From assembly GCF_030684315.1 (NCBI RefSeq), contig NC_081372.1:21419869-21483868 (forward strand): a DNA stretch of 64,000 nt, given 5' to 3'. Origin of the DNA: Stegostoma tigrinum. Its lineage: Eukaryota. The notes beneath the pieces were generated by a model that was not told where the DNA came from, searched no databases, and saw only the letters and a program-made list of their open reading frames with translations. This document shows, in pieces, positions 38,086 through 49,836 of this stretch; position 1 is the stretch's first letter; the number at the start of each line of letters is the position of its first letter. Made by a program: the position numbers and the translations under genes.

Positions 38086-39366
38086 TAAAGTTCACAACAA
38101 AATTTAGAGAAGCTTGCGAACTTCCATGAGAAATTAACAACTGTTATAAAATAAAAGGGATCTAAGTGCCCTACAAATACATTGAGAAGTCAGAGCATGT
38201 GAAATAATTTGCTAGCTGTGGAAAGTAAAGATTCAACTGCATTAGACATTGAATACTAAAAGGAACCAAAAGAGAATAGAAGAAATAAATGCATCTATTG
38301 CTTAAACCTATCACTTAAATACCTACAATGTCTATTGTACTGACAGTTCTATTCCATATGAACAATGCAGTGATCTCATACAGCCTTACTAGGATTACCT
38401 CTGCAACAATTCACATACCTTGAATGCCCATCTTTGATGTGCTAATGGTTGATTCTCAACTATCAGAAGCAACTTCTGGGCCTTATTCAAATGGAGTTAT
38501 GTTTAAAGCCTTAACAAAGATGAGTGTATTACGTAGATGCATTTTATCCATATGCTGTCAATGCTCTGGAACCTAAACTGATGTTCTTTCTAAATAAGGT
38601 GACTGTTAGGTTTCAGTAGGAACCTCTTGCAGCTTGTATGCCCCACTGGAGTCTGGTATGCATGGTTATCAAAGTCAGAACTGTGAGGTTGCATCAAGAC
38701 CTAGTTTGATGGAACTGTATGCAGGAAACAAGCAACACTTTGTAGCTAGCAAACTTGTCCATTTCTCTGTTGAACAATTTTACTAAATTCCCAAAATAAT
38801 TGCAATTATAAAGTAGGGGAAGGAGTCAAAAGTATAAAATTTCAAAGCAGTTAAACAAATGCTTCCTAATGGCTTAGTCAATGAGGGTAAGCTATATTGA
38901 CAAAGTATGTCCAGGAAGTTATTTGATCTCACCTGGGCGTTATAACTGATCACAGCAGCTCCAATTTAAAGAGGTGAAAAGCAGCGGGATTTGCAAACAC
39001 TATCCCGCAGTGCCCTGCTGGAACATTGCTTGGTGAGAAACAAATTGAATAGTTTACAAATGACCTGAATATACACACTGGTTGTGCTCACACTTTGGGC
39101 AGGGTACCAGAAGTTACCTGTCAATCAGTACTTGTCAATACTTTAAGAAAGAAAACTAACAAGGAAGGAAAAAACACACAATCTTGTTTTACTTATGGAC
39201 TGTAGCCAATTCTTTTAGGGTGGAGGGATGTGGACTAAGCTTATGGAGAAGAGTATGGAACACATTCACAGAAATGATGACAGGAATGAGAAGCTGTTTG
39301 TCTGAAGAAGAAATATGAGAAAATGAAGGTTGATTTTAACTTGGCCCACCAAGGGATAATAATTAC

Positions 39367-39448
39367 CAGTGGGGATAATTGTTTGACCATTAGCCTCTGC
39401 ACATGTTACTTTATCACAGCTAATTTTCAAAGTTTCTTGTCGTTGCAT
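39367..39448 (-). CDS. Candidate exon (MQRQETLKISCDKVTCAEANGQTIIPT)
   Basis: Acceptor ttttgtttgcacttccacag; donor CTG|gtaatt; 82 nt, phase 0 to 1, in frame with 38459-38419. Confidence 0.42.
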
Positions 39449-40784
39449 CTGTGGAAGTGCAAACAAAATAGTGTGATCAGAAAGTTTTGACACACATCGA
39501 CCTTCATACAGCAGTTCAATCTCAACGTACGTCAGAAACAGCAAATTCCTGTGCAAGTGTATTCTTTGGCTCTTGCATTCTCAGTGATTGCAGGAGTTAT
39601 GCTGCTGTCAGTTTGATACACATTCATTTAAATCCCAAATTGGCCATCTGGTTTAGGCTCAGTAAAACCTAGCAGTTGTAAAGAATTTGATGAACCTTTA
39701 TTACACATCTGTAATAACTGTGTTTGGCACTCTCTCAGAGGAATGCACGTTGGCCTTCTGAATATAAATCAACTCTGGACATTGATTTTTAGAGAAGAAA
39801 AGCTCAGCAATAATACTGAGCACTGTCAGTGTACATTTTCACTGAAACCTTCATTGTAATGCAGAAGTCAGAAAACAACTGAGGACCTAACCCTAAGCTG
39901 GTTACAAATTGGGCAGTGCAAGACCCCTTCAGGAAAATTATCTCATGTTCCCACATTTCCAATTTTTTAAATGTGTCAATTAGCAGCAGACTCTGCTTGT
40001 GTATGTAGAACCACAAACACTGAGCTCCCTCTTGGCCAGAGGAGTTAGATTCACAGCCAGACAATATAAACTCACAGCTGCCAGCTGTAAGCTCGGTAGC
40101 TAGAGTATAACCACAGCCTTAAACACCAACCGTGAAACACGACTCCCAAGAGTTATCGATTATTTTTCATTTCAGAACATGTCCATTGCCCTAAAGCCCT
40201 TTTGATTTTTGGGACAGTCCAGTCGATGCTCATTTGTCCTTCCCACCTCTGGAAATTTCAGGTGATTAACCATGTTGACAATGCCCTCATTAAAAGTTTG
40301 TATATGGCATGCACATGTACAGGATGAGGTTTGATCATGATGTGCTGATAATCAAAAAGAGTTGCAGCTGATGGTTACAGAGACAAAGCTGGCACATTTC
40401 AAACAGTTTCACGCATGTGAGTAGTGAAACCTAATGTGCTTTGTTTACATGATTGGCATTCTGAATAGAGAGCTATCTACGAAATAACCCTGAAATTTCT
40501 TCCTTCCTTAGAAGCTCAAGGTTTGTTTCATTAACTTTCATTTTATTACAAATTTCCAAGGAAATGATATCTTTAATGCTTAGTCACATGCATCACCAAA
40601 AGAATGCAAATTTCAAGAATGGAGTTAGACCAGCGTTTAATAGAAGATCCCAGTGAATGTGCCTTTTGGCCAAACATCCTTTCATCTAAATAGTATTATC
40701 GTTTTATTTCTTTGACAGCACATCCTCAAACCTGCAGCTCTACCAGGTCAAAGGACTTAGAGTAGAATACAGAATAGCCTTTAT

Positions 40785-41040
40785 TGTCACTGATGGGAAC
40801 ACCATCACCTTCAGGATTCCCTCAAGTCCCACATCTTTCTGGCTTAGATATGTATAAAAATTCTTTCTATAATCTGGTTGATTTCCTGGAACTCCCCGTT
40901 TACCAGCACTGTGGGAGCATCAACGTTATACAGGACTTCTGTGGTCAGAAGGCAAATCGCTACCACCTTCTGAAGAATACTTGGGGATTGACAAAAAATG
41001 CTGTCATTGCCAGTAACACCCACATCCTCATAAAGATTTA
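40785..41040 (+). mobile_element. Family-B LINE 3' end relic
   Basis: tcctggaactcccc...cagcactgtggg...caccttctgaag...aaatgctgtcattgccagtaacacccacatcc; reverse complement of 20135-20380. Confidence 0.65.
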
Positions 41041-41394
41041 ATTTCATCTGAAGGATAAATTAACACCTCTTTGAAAACTGAGTCAATAGAGATCTTTTTT
41101 CCCAAAAATATTGTTATTATAAATTTTGTAAAAGAATTGACAAAATTTCAAATTTTACATTGCGTTGATTAAAATTTGACTCCACTTCTTTGAATATATA
41201 ATGTAGTGTTCTGAGATGCCTTGCCAACTGAAGGTATATTAATTCCATACCTGGCATGTCACACATAAAGCCTGAGTGGAGTTTTGCATGAGTTTTGCCC
41301 ATGAATGACCTAGAGTGACAGACTGTGACGGTGCTGTTGAACTTTTATGGTGGCTGCATCTCTCAGCACATGGTCCTAATATTGAACCTTGCCA

Positions 41395-41695
41395 GTGGGC
41401 AGTATGGTAGCTCAGTGTTTAGCACCGCTGCCTCACCATGCCAGGAACCCAGGTTCAATTCCAACCTCAGTCTGTGTGGAGTTTGCATGTTCTTCCTGTG
41501 TGTGGGTTTCCTCCTACAGCCCAAAGGTGTCCAACTAGGTGAATTTGCCATGCTAAATTGCCCATAGTGTTCAAGAATTCGTAGATTAGGTGGGATATAT
41601 CAAGATGGGGGTGGGTCTGGGTGGGATGCTGTGAGGGTTAGTGTGGACTTGTTGGGCTGAAGGGCCTATTTCCACATTGTAGGAATTCTATGATT
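41395..41695 (+). mobile_element. HE1-type V-SINE
   Basis: Same head, V-domain and tail as 26338-26661. Confidence 0.88.
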
Positions 41696-42159
41696 TGGTC
41701 AGGGATACTGCTTGACCACCGTTCACTGAGCTGATGGTCTTCCAGCAGTAGTTGATACATAAACTATGAAGATCTGCAATACGTAACTTTCAATTTAATG
41801 TATGTTTTACACTATACTATAATTACTGTTGTGAGACTCGATTATTGTCAGGAGTCCAGAAGGTAATATCTGAAATGTTGACTTTCCTTTCCTCCAGTTA
41901 CTGCTTGGCTTGTTGTGTTCTTCCAGCCTCCTGTTTGTCTGCTGGAGATTAACGTCGACCCCCAAACAAAAAATCTGCAACTCTTCGCAGAACGTCTTTG
42001 CAATGGCACATTCTAGAAGAAAATGAGAGACGATTGTTACTACAGAAAACAAAAAAAATGGCCTGTATTGTTTGAAATTAGATTGCAAGTAGTAACAGTT
42101 CTTTAATATCGGTGGAAATGAGCCGATTTCCATCAGTCTGGGCAGTGTGTGTGTCATTT

Positions 42160-42250
42160 GAACAGAAATAGCTGGCGAAACTCAGCAGGTCCGGCGACAG
42201 CTGTTGAGAGAAAACCGAATTAACGTTTCGGGTCCAGTGACAGTTCTGAA
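42160..42250 (-). repeat. Short Penelope-terminus-like repeat, CpGs retained
   Basis: ctcagcaggtccggcgacagc...ttaacgtttcgggtccagtgac; GAAACGTT intact, CTGANGA part truncated. Confidence 0.7.
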
Positions 42251-42256
42251 CACTAA

Positions 42257-42260
<4 letters not shown>

Positions 42261-42292
<32 letters not shown>
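42261..42292. repeat. (TG)16 microsatellite
   Basis: Seen directly. Confidence 0.95.
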
Positions 42293-42296
<4 letters not shown>

Positions 42297-42399
42297 ATTT
42301 CTAATTCAATAGCACTAGTTTAACGTTCAGAAAGGTGCCTTTATAACCGCCCAGACTCTGTAACTTAAATAGTTTGGCTCTGATGTTTTCATCACCGAC

Positions 42400-42646
42400 C
42401 AGGCCGATACTCAAATGTCAGTATGATCACGCAAGCCAGGGGGTGTGTGCGAAACAGTTCCCGGGCGAATAGCTCGGGGCTAGACTCCTGTCTGTACTGC
42501 ATCAGAGAACGCAGCATCCCCGAGTGGCGATGGGATGTTATGAATATTTGGGTACCCTCTCCCTGTCTGAGACGGTATAATATTTCTACCTGCTTCCGAA
42601 TGAATTGTAAGCAAACATTAGGGCAGTGACTCTCCGAGCTTTCAGG
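42400..42646 (-). CDS. Candidate 5' exon of the putative minus-strand gene
   Basis: Acceptor ctctcattgcag; 82 open codons (PESSESHCPNVC...MLRSLMQYRQESSPELFARELFRTHPLACVIILTFEYRP); donor CTG|gtcggt; inside the CpG island. Confidence 0.38.
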
Positions 42647-42854
42647 CTGCAATGAGAGATCTCACAATCTGAACAATTTCTGACTGACACATTGCGTTCC
42701 GATCATTCCTCGCTTGCTGGTTCACAGTATTCCTTCCAAACTTTAGCTTTCCCTTCACATTACAGCCTTGGTAATTATTTCTTCCGTTTCCCACCCCCCC
42801 CCCCAACCCAAGCAGCCAAACTGCGGTTGTAGTGCGCACTGCGGACAGTGTTTA

Positions 42855-42985
42855 ACGGAAGGGGTGATTGGAACCTGAAACGTTAACTCTGATTTCACTC
42901 TACAATGCTGCCAAACCCCGCTGAGCTTTTCCAGCAATTTCTGTTTTTGTTTCTGATTTCCAGTATCCGCAAGTTATTTCGCTTT
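42855..42985 (+). repeat. Short Penelope-terminus-like repeat
   Basis: cctgaaacgttaactctgatttc...gctgagctttttccagcaatttctgtttttgtttctgatttccagtatccgc. Confidence 0.72.
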
Positions 42986-44076
42986 GTTAAAAAGAAATAA
43001 ATCAGTCTGACTAACCTGTCTAATTAAACTGGGACCAGGAGCTGTGCCACTGCGCAACACAGCCCCCATTCCAACCTGCCCCGCGTCGTGGAAATGTCCT
43101 TTCACCCTTTCCTCTTGCCTGGCATGTTATTAGATAATCCAGTAGTGTGAGGTAGTGTTTTGAAATATAAAATCACCTTCCACCTTCTTTCTCACTCTCT
43201 AGCCCAGAAATATCTGCCGCCTAACAACCCAATCTTCAGCATCAAATAAATAAAAACATGCTTGCTGAGTGAGCAGACTGTTTAATCTGTCGAAACCCTT
43301 TATTCTTAACTTCTTGCCCCCTCTCCCCTTTCGAGTTGGATTACATTTCTGCAAATTTGTTCGCCTGCGGTTTCTCTCCCTTTAATAATCTGCAATTAAA
43401 CGGGAAGGTACAGAGAGGAGGGCGCTGTGAGCCTGCTGCAGAAGGGCTCTAAAACCGGGGAATATCTGTGCTTGAAATGAGTCAGTCATTCCGAGGGGAT
43501 CAGAAGTTTGGCTCGTGCCCCATCATGGTAGTGAGGGTTACTCGTCACTGAGGGGCTCGTTGAATCTTGGAGAAGGAGGGAGGAAGGCAGGATGACTGCT
43601 CCCTCATTGGCAGCGCTGTGAGGATAGGAGGGGTTGGGGGGGGGGTTGCCATTGAACTAAATATTAACGGAACGCCCACTTTTGCACGGGTCCGCTCCTT
43701 CTTGGAAGTGGAGGTAGACGCGATCAGCGCTGACAACAGAGAGCTGGAAGCGTGTGGCTCATCGCTCGCCTCCCCAACCAACAGCCCGCACCATCTCACA
43801 TCTCTGAGTTGCTGACCTGTCGTCTCTGAAAACTAGGACTCTCCCTGCACACCCTTCTCTCTCTCTCTCTCCCCACCCCACCCTCTGCACTCTCTCCTTA
43901 ACGCTGGCCCCAGTGACACCTGTGAACTCTGAACCGGACCACTCAATTTTGGCAGTGAATTCCGCAAGCTTGCATCTTCTTCTTCTTCACCTCCACAACC
44001 CCCAACCGCCCCGCCGTTTGTGGGGTGTGAGTGAAGAGGCAGTAAGTTGCAGATTGCCCTCAGTGAGGCTCTCACC

Positions 44077-44255
44077 ATGCTGGAAAACACGGCGGGCTCT
44101 GGCCCAGTCATCCTACCTTGTCTGCTGCTGACCACTATCCTCCTCGCTCTGATTGATGCCAAGGGCGGCTTCTACACCCCTTACCGATACAACCTTTTCA
44201 CCTCAGGGTCTAGCCCCAGCCTGAAAGGAGCGGGACGAGTCTCCGGCCGGCACAA
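44077..44255 (+). CDS. EMILIN3: EMILIN-3 exon 1 (signal peptide and N-terminus)
   Basis: Kozak-like CACC-ATG at 44077; hydrophobic leader LPCLLLTTILLALIDA then KGGFYTPYRYNLFTSG...GRHK; donor AA|gtgagt (phase 2). Confidence 0.9.
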
Positions 44256-44664
44256 GTGAGTCCCTTTTTCAGCTTTGCTCAAGTCAGTAATTCTTCAAAC
44301 CGCCCGCAGTGTGAAGCTTCCACATATTTGATGTAATTTTTATGCATAATGTTGCTTTTCATTATTTGCACGCCAAACGCGACGGGCAGCAATGTGCACT
44401 TCTGATTTATTTCCACCTTCACAAACCGTATTTATATACTCTATCTCCTGATCGATTTAGAAAGAGCACAGTTTTATGCATCATAGAAAATTGCACGTGC
44501 TTTATTTTTCGCAAGAAAACCTCGTTGTTATCAAATCCGTGCCTTTGTTCAAAGTTTCCTTTCTGCGAGGTGGGGAGGAGAACTGGCATCTAGTGTTGCT
44601 GCTGTAAATTGCTGCAGTTACTGAGACAGAGGGAACAAAAATAAATGTTTTTTTTTAACTGCAG

Positions 44665-44790
44665 GAACTATTGTGCTTATATTGTGAAGAAAAATGTCAC
44701 TTGCACAATGCAGGACGGGACAGATACCTATGTGAAAGCTGAGTACCGCCAGTGTGCTTGGGGCCAGCTGAAGTGTCCAGGAGTGGTCAT
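44665..44790 (+). CDS. EMILIN3: EMILIN-3 exon 2 (EMI domain, first half)
   Basis: Acceptor ttttttaactgcag; NYCAYIVKKNVTCTMQDGTDTYVKAEYRQCAWGQLKCPGVV; donor AT|gtaagt. YVKAEYRQC matches EMILIN3 as I recall it better than EMILIN1/2. Missing from the ORF track. Confidence 0.93.
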
Positions 44791-45461
44791 GTAAGTCTTC
44801 AAAACCCCCCAAACTGTGCGCCAACACCACATCAGTAACACAGGAGGCGTCCGAGAGGAAACGGGCTGCTAATTTGCAATTACAGTTCATGGTGTCTGTA
44901 TATTTGTTCCCAGTCTAGAGGTGCCTGCGAACGCTGTAGACATTTCTTTTAAATAAAAGACCTTGTCGCAGTAAAATGCGCTATCCAGATTTATGTTTTT
45001 TTTGTACGGGACCCTCAATCTATCGGGGGGGTGGGAAAGATTTTAATCTGGGAAAAATCATTTTAAGTTGGAAGCAGTGACTTTTTTCCAATTGCGCGTC
45101 GCCTTTAAACAAAACCACAAGTGATTTTTCATGGTTTCAAAATAAACCTAGGGTCGCTTCACGTGCACAAAAGAATACCAGCTTTAAATGACTGCTTTTG
45201 TGCAACATTCAATGGAGGATTGCGCCGAATGCTCTGAGCTGATTAAAACTTGATGGTTGAATGTTCCTAGCTTAATATTACTGAGTGTGTTCGCATCCTG
45301 TGAAAATTAATACACTCGACTATTTTAAAAAGCGGGATGGTTTGCGTACGTTGATATAACAATTTGAGACAGTTGCCCTAAATTGACAAAACATCATGAA
45401 ATAAGATTCTGAGAAGCTGCACTGCTGAGGGAAAGGAAACTTTCTGTGCAGTGGCGCCGTT

Positions 45462-45491
45462 CTGCCATCTGCTGGTCAGTAAAGGACTGCC
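45462..45491 (-). promoter_or_regulatory. Predicted CTCF site with upstream module
   Basis: Minus strand GGCAGTCC-TTTAC-TGA-CCAGCAGATGGCAG; the core fits CCASYAGRKGGCRS exactly. Confidence 0.55.
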
Positions 45492-45789
45492 GCGCGTCCT
45501 CAACTCCAATACCCAATCTCAGAAAATGCCAGGTATTTTTCATCGGAAAATACCTTTGACGGCTTTAATGATATTGATATGATTTAGCACCACAATTACC
45601 TATTTAAATGTCATTACATTCAATTCTTGCTAGAGGTCGCATTGAACAAAGACTCCCACTTAAGACTGAACTTGAAAGAGTAAATCATGTTCCCTGGCAC
45701 ATTTAATCCGCTATAGTACAGTCAAAACAATATTTTGACGGAGAAAGGTGGAGTTTTCTAATTGCGTTAGCTTTGTTGGATACGCCAGA

Positions 45790-46175
45790 GAGAGACACGA
45801 AAAACGATTTGATCACTTTACAGGTAGGAGGTTAACTGGAGACATTCAAAAATTGTGAAGGATTTTCATGAAATCAAGAGATGTTTTAACTGGTGAGTAG
45901 ACCAGTAACCAGAGCACAGATTTAAGCTCATTGGCAAGAATTAGAAGGGGTAATTATGAAAAAATAGCTTTTTTATTACACTTGCAATGCACAGCCTGAA
46001 AGGGTGCTGCAAATGGTGTACAATTCACAAAGGAATTGGACCTTACATTTGGTAAGAATAAAAAAAATGCAAGGCTATGTGGAGCAACATGTATAAAAGT
46101 GGAATGATTATGATGACTTTAAAGAAACAGCTAGACATATTGGGTTGTTTGGCCTGTTCCATATTATAGGACTCA
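45790..46175 (+). mobile_element. Degenerate CR1 3' relic in intron 2
   Basis: ggagacattcaaaattgtgaaggg...accagagcacagatttaag...gcacagcctgaaagggtg...tgggttgtttggcctgttcc. Confidence 0.6.
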
Positions 46176-47574
46176 ATCATTTGCTTGTCTAATACAAGAG
46201 GACACTGTTACCTAAACAGGCATATCTTTCAAATCGTAAGGACACCAGTAGGGTGGCATCATTGTCATGAGGGTGGCATTCCAGTTTACAATGAGACAGC
46301 TTTCAATTGAAAGGCAAGGATAGTGCATATGCTGGCAAACATAGACTGGCACTAACAGTGCAGCAGTTGATGATCCACCAGGTATTAACGTAACCAGTGA
46401 ATGAGATGCAAAATATAAGAAGCATATAAGGTCATTGTTTTGGCCAGGTTCTGTTACTTGCATAGCTTCTTCCAAAAACTGAGCAGATGCTACCACACAC
46501 TCCAAAGAATGAAGGGCAGCTGCTGTTGAAATGCAGGTTGGCTACTAGTGCAAGTTATGCTGCAGATGTTACATCTGCTGTAGCAGAAATTTACACAATG
46601 TGTTTTCTAGTTCAGAGGTTTTTTACCTACATAACTGTAAAGAAAACAAATAATTTGTTATGTCAGATGCTGTCAGCAGTATAGTAATATCAATCTTAAT
46701 AGGAGTAATTCCATATCCCAGATTATACAAACAATAGTGTCTACCTTAGCATCAATGTAAATCAAAGTTATAGTGGTTTATGGTTTCCTGTATTGATAGC
46801 TACCAGGGAAATTATGTAACAGTTCCTTGTGGTATTGTTATAATTTATTGTTTGCAGTATTAGCAGTAATGAGTTTCGGTCATACTTAGTGCAGTTATTC
46901 TCATGGCCACTTTTCAGCTCAATGTCCAATAAACACAGTAACTAGTAGCTGAAGAAGTGTCTGGTGTGTTCCTTACATTGTTGTTTGCTGATGCCATTTA
47001 TGTATTCTGTGAAGTTAAACATTTTTATGTCTGATGTAAAGGAGGGTGGAATATTTTCATGTCTAAACTAGTGAGAAGTATATGTTCCCTAGATGAAGGG
47101 AAGATCCCTGGATACATAGTTAGGTAGTCATATTTGGACATTTCTTCATTGGCATGGTACTGATAGTTGGTTAGTACACCAATAGTATTGCGTGAAGTGT
47201 TCTATAAACAGGAGTTAGCTGAGAAAGTATAAAATTAGAATGTTAAAATAGCTAAGGCAGACTTCTCTGACTGATAAGCTGCCATGAAATATTATAATAA
47301 TAATAATGTTCTTCACTACATCTGTTAAGCATAGACAGCTGCTTGGAAAAGGACATCAAATTGAATTGGGTATGTCTGATTTTGTTGACTCTTATTAAAA
47401 CTACTAGCTGACTTGGAGTTTCAGATTATCATAGCAATAAAACTGTATTAGGATTCCAGTTTGGCTTCAAAGAAATAACAATCTGAGAGAATACTGCTCA
47501 CACCTTTAGAATTGTTGGTAACTTTCCAAGAAATTTCACTTTGAACTCCAGCATCAAAACCAGGGCATCCTAAG

Positions 47575-47890
47575 TAACCATAGATACAGGCCATAATGAC
47601 CCTGTAAAGAGCATCCTACCTAGGCCCAATCCCCACCTGATCCCACATTTCCCATGGCTAATCCACCTAGCCCGCACAACCCTGGACACTACCGGGCAAT
47701 TTAGCATGATCAGTCCATCTGATGTGCACATCTTTGGACTGTGGGGGGGAAACTGGAGCCCCCAGAGGAAACCCACACAGGCACAGAGAGAACATGCAAA
47801 CTCCACACCATCAGTCGCCCAGGCTGAAATCCAACCTGGATCTCTGTCACTGTGAGGCAGCATTGCCAATCACTGAGCCACCATGTCACC
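47575..47890 (-). mobile_element. HE1-type V-SINE in intron 2
   Basis: gaggaaacccacacaggcacagagagaacatgcaaactccacac...ctgtgaggcagc...cactgagccacc. Confidence 0.88.
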
Positions 47891-48003
47891 ATAAATTATG
47901 GTGAACAAATCTTCCCAAAGATTTTACCATTAAATTACCTATTGATCCGTGGATCAATTCACTTTAAATACTTAATTCAGAGAAGAAAATTCGTCAGCTG
48001 TAT

Positions 48004-48101
48004 TTCTAAAGAAGGGCCCAGATCCGAAACGACAGCTTTCCTGCTCCTCTGATGCTGCCTGACTTGCAGTGTTCCTTCAGCTCCACACTGTGTTATCTCA
48101 G
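48004..48101 (+). repeat. Penelope terminal-repeat fragment with mutated hammerhead
   Basis: CTAAAGA-agggcccagatcc-GAAAC-GAC-agc, then sequence matching 12925-12995. Confidence 0.7.
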
Positions 48102-49672
48102 GTTCATTTGAAATTAAACTGTTCATTCACTGCACTGTCAAGAAGATGCTGAATTAAAGGGCTGTTTGATCTGGATGCTCAGATTTAAATGGTCTCAGAA
48201 TACTATTTGAAGATAAGCAGCACACCATTATGTGAAATAAGTTTAGTGACTATGCCAGCCGAATTGAGTGAGGTTGCACTTCAAAATTAATTAATTAGTT
48301 GTACATTGCAATGTACTGAGGATATGACAAGCATTACACAAATACCAATTCTATCATATGTACTGCTGTCATTGGAAATTAAAATGTGAAATTTGGATTG
48401 TAAAACTGCTTGAGGATGGGTGGTAAGTTTAGTAATGTGAAAATTATATAGTTGTACAGAAGGCAAGATTGCTTTAGCTTTAAAGCACCAACAAGTTCAA
48501 CCACCATTTTTCGATCCAGAGTCTGACTATCAGAAACCGTCATTATGCAGAGTACTATGTTAGCACATCTTGTAACTGTCTCACAGCAACAATTAGTTGT
48601 TAAGTTCCTTGCTGTTGGTTTAAAAAAAACTCAGTATCTTTGTCAATTATGATTGAATTGAAATGATTGCCAGAAGAAGTGACAGATCAATTGTATTATG
48701 AACAATGTTACATGCAAATATGCATTATACAAATTTAACAAAATGTAAGTATGAGTCTACACACTAGATTAAGAAGGTTAAAACCCATCAATTTGAATAA
48801 ACATGAAATGAAGATATTCAATTAGAAGAGATATGGAAAGTCAGGTGCAACATAACCCAGCTCACATTTGTTCTCTGTGTGTTCTCTCACTAACAAAGTT
48901 AATAAAAAAAATTGTTTCATTCATTAGGCTATTTTTAGTTGTTTGAGAGAGCTGAATAACAAGTCTGACTTTGAGCCTCAATCAAATGCTGAGGTCTACT
49001 TGCCAACTGTCATTTAATTGGGTTATAATAAAGATATTTGAAAGCACAGAATTATGTTCAAAGTTGCTTAGGTATGCTTGGGTCTGAGACACTTTTGCAT
49101 GTGTAAGCGATCAGCTAGTCATGACCTCCAAATATCAACAAAAATGTTGTGTTACAGGAGACGAGTATTGTATTCTGTATAAGGAAAAATGCAAAAGCAT
49201 CAATGTAGCAGCTTAAAGATTAGCAGCAAGGGTAATTCATTCTAATAATGAGTTCTACCTGTACGTTATTCAGGATAGTAGACTGATAGATTACATTTTT
49301 CATTAAGTGAATTTGATGTCAGGAATAGCTTTCAGAACAGATCTCACATTGTTTCATTCAAAACCCTCATGCAAAATACATCGTAGTTAATGTTTACTGT
49401 CTTATGACTAGGCTCTCGACTAAAACTAAACCACTGAAAATTTGTAGACCCACAGCCTTTCCTGAGCCTATTTGTATTTGGGTAAAAGTTCAAAGTAAAC
49501 AATAACTGACTAAATTGGAAAATCAGGAAAAATGTATGTTTTACACCATTTTCATCTTTGTCCCAACAATTATTTATTACTGATACATTTAAAAATGTCA
49601 AATATTAACTTTTCAAATCTTCAGATTGTAAATAACTGTTTGTTGATCAAAAATAATCCTTTCCCCATACAG

Positions 49673-49836
49673 GTATCGAACATTTTACAAACCCAAATAC
49701 AAAATAGGATACAAGACTGTTACAGAATTAGAGTGGAGATGTTGTCCAGGATATTCTGGTGATAATTGCCGGGAAGGTGTGACAGGACTGCCTGAACTTG
49801 TGCCATCACACCCTGGACCCAGAAAAGGTTATTATG
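49673..49836 (+). CDS. EMILIN3: EMILIN-3 exon 3 (EMI domain, second half)
   Basis: Acceptor cctttccccatacag; YRTFYKPKYKIGYKTVTELEWRCCPGYSGDNC (EMI signature WRCCPG); donor G|gtaagt; phase 2 to 1. Confidence 0.94.

Larger units (their letters stand above)
28179..42646 (-). other. Putative unidentified multi-microexon gene, head-to-head with EMILIN3
   Basis: AG/GT-bounded, stop-free segments with compatible phases at 42646-42400, 40099-40076, 39448-39367, 38459-38419, 36468-36444, 36320-36265, 35845-35808, 35692-35645, 33206-33168, 33060-32982, 32405-32353, 30585-30547, 28389-28355 and 28237-28179. All lie between repeats. No homolog recognised; two junctions unresolved. Confidence 0.4.
42150..45500. 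promoter_or_regulatory. CpG-enriched island spanning the EMILIN3 promoter and exons 1-2 (possibly bidirectional)
   Basis: CG dinucleotides are visibly frequent here and rare in most of the window. Contains TGAGTCA (43478-84), ATTGG (43606-10) and a CT tract (about 43853-43890). Confidence 0.7.

Noticed and set aside
43421-43441. REST/NRSE-like ggcgctgt...tgctgca
   Set aside because: Spacing and central bases do not fit the RE1 consensus.
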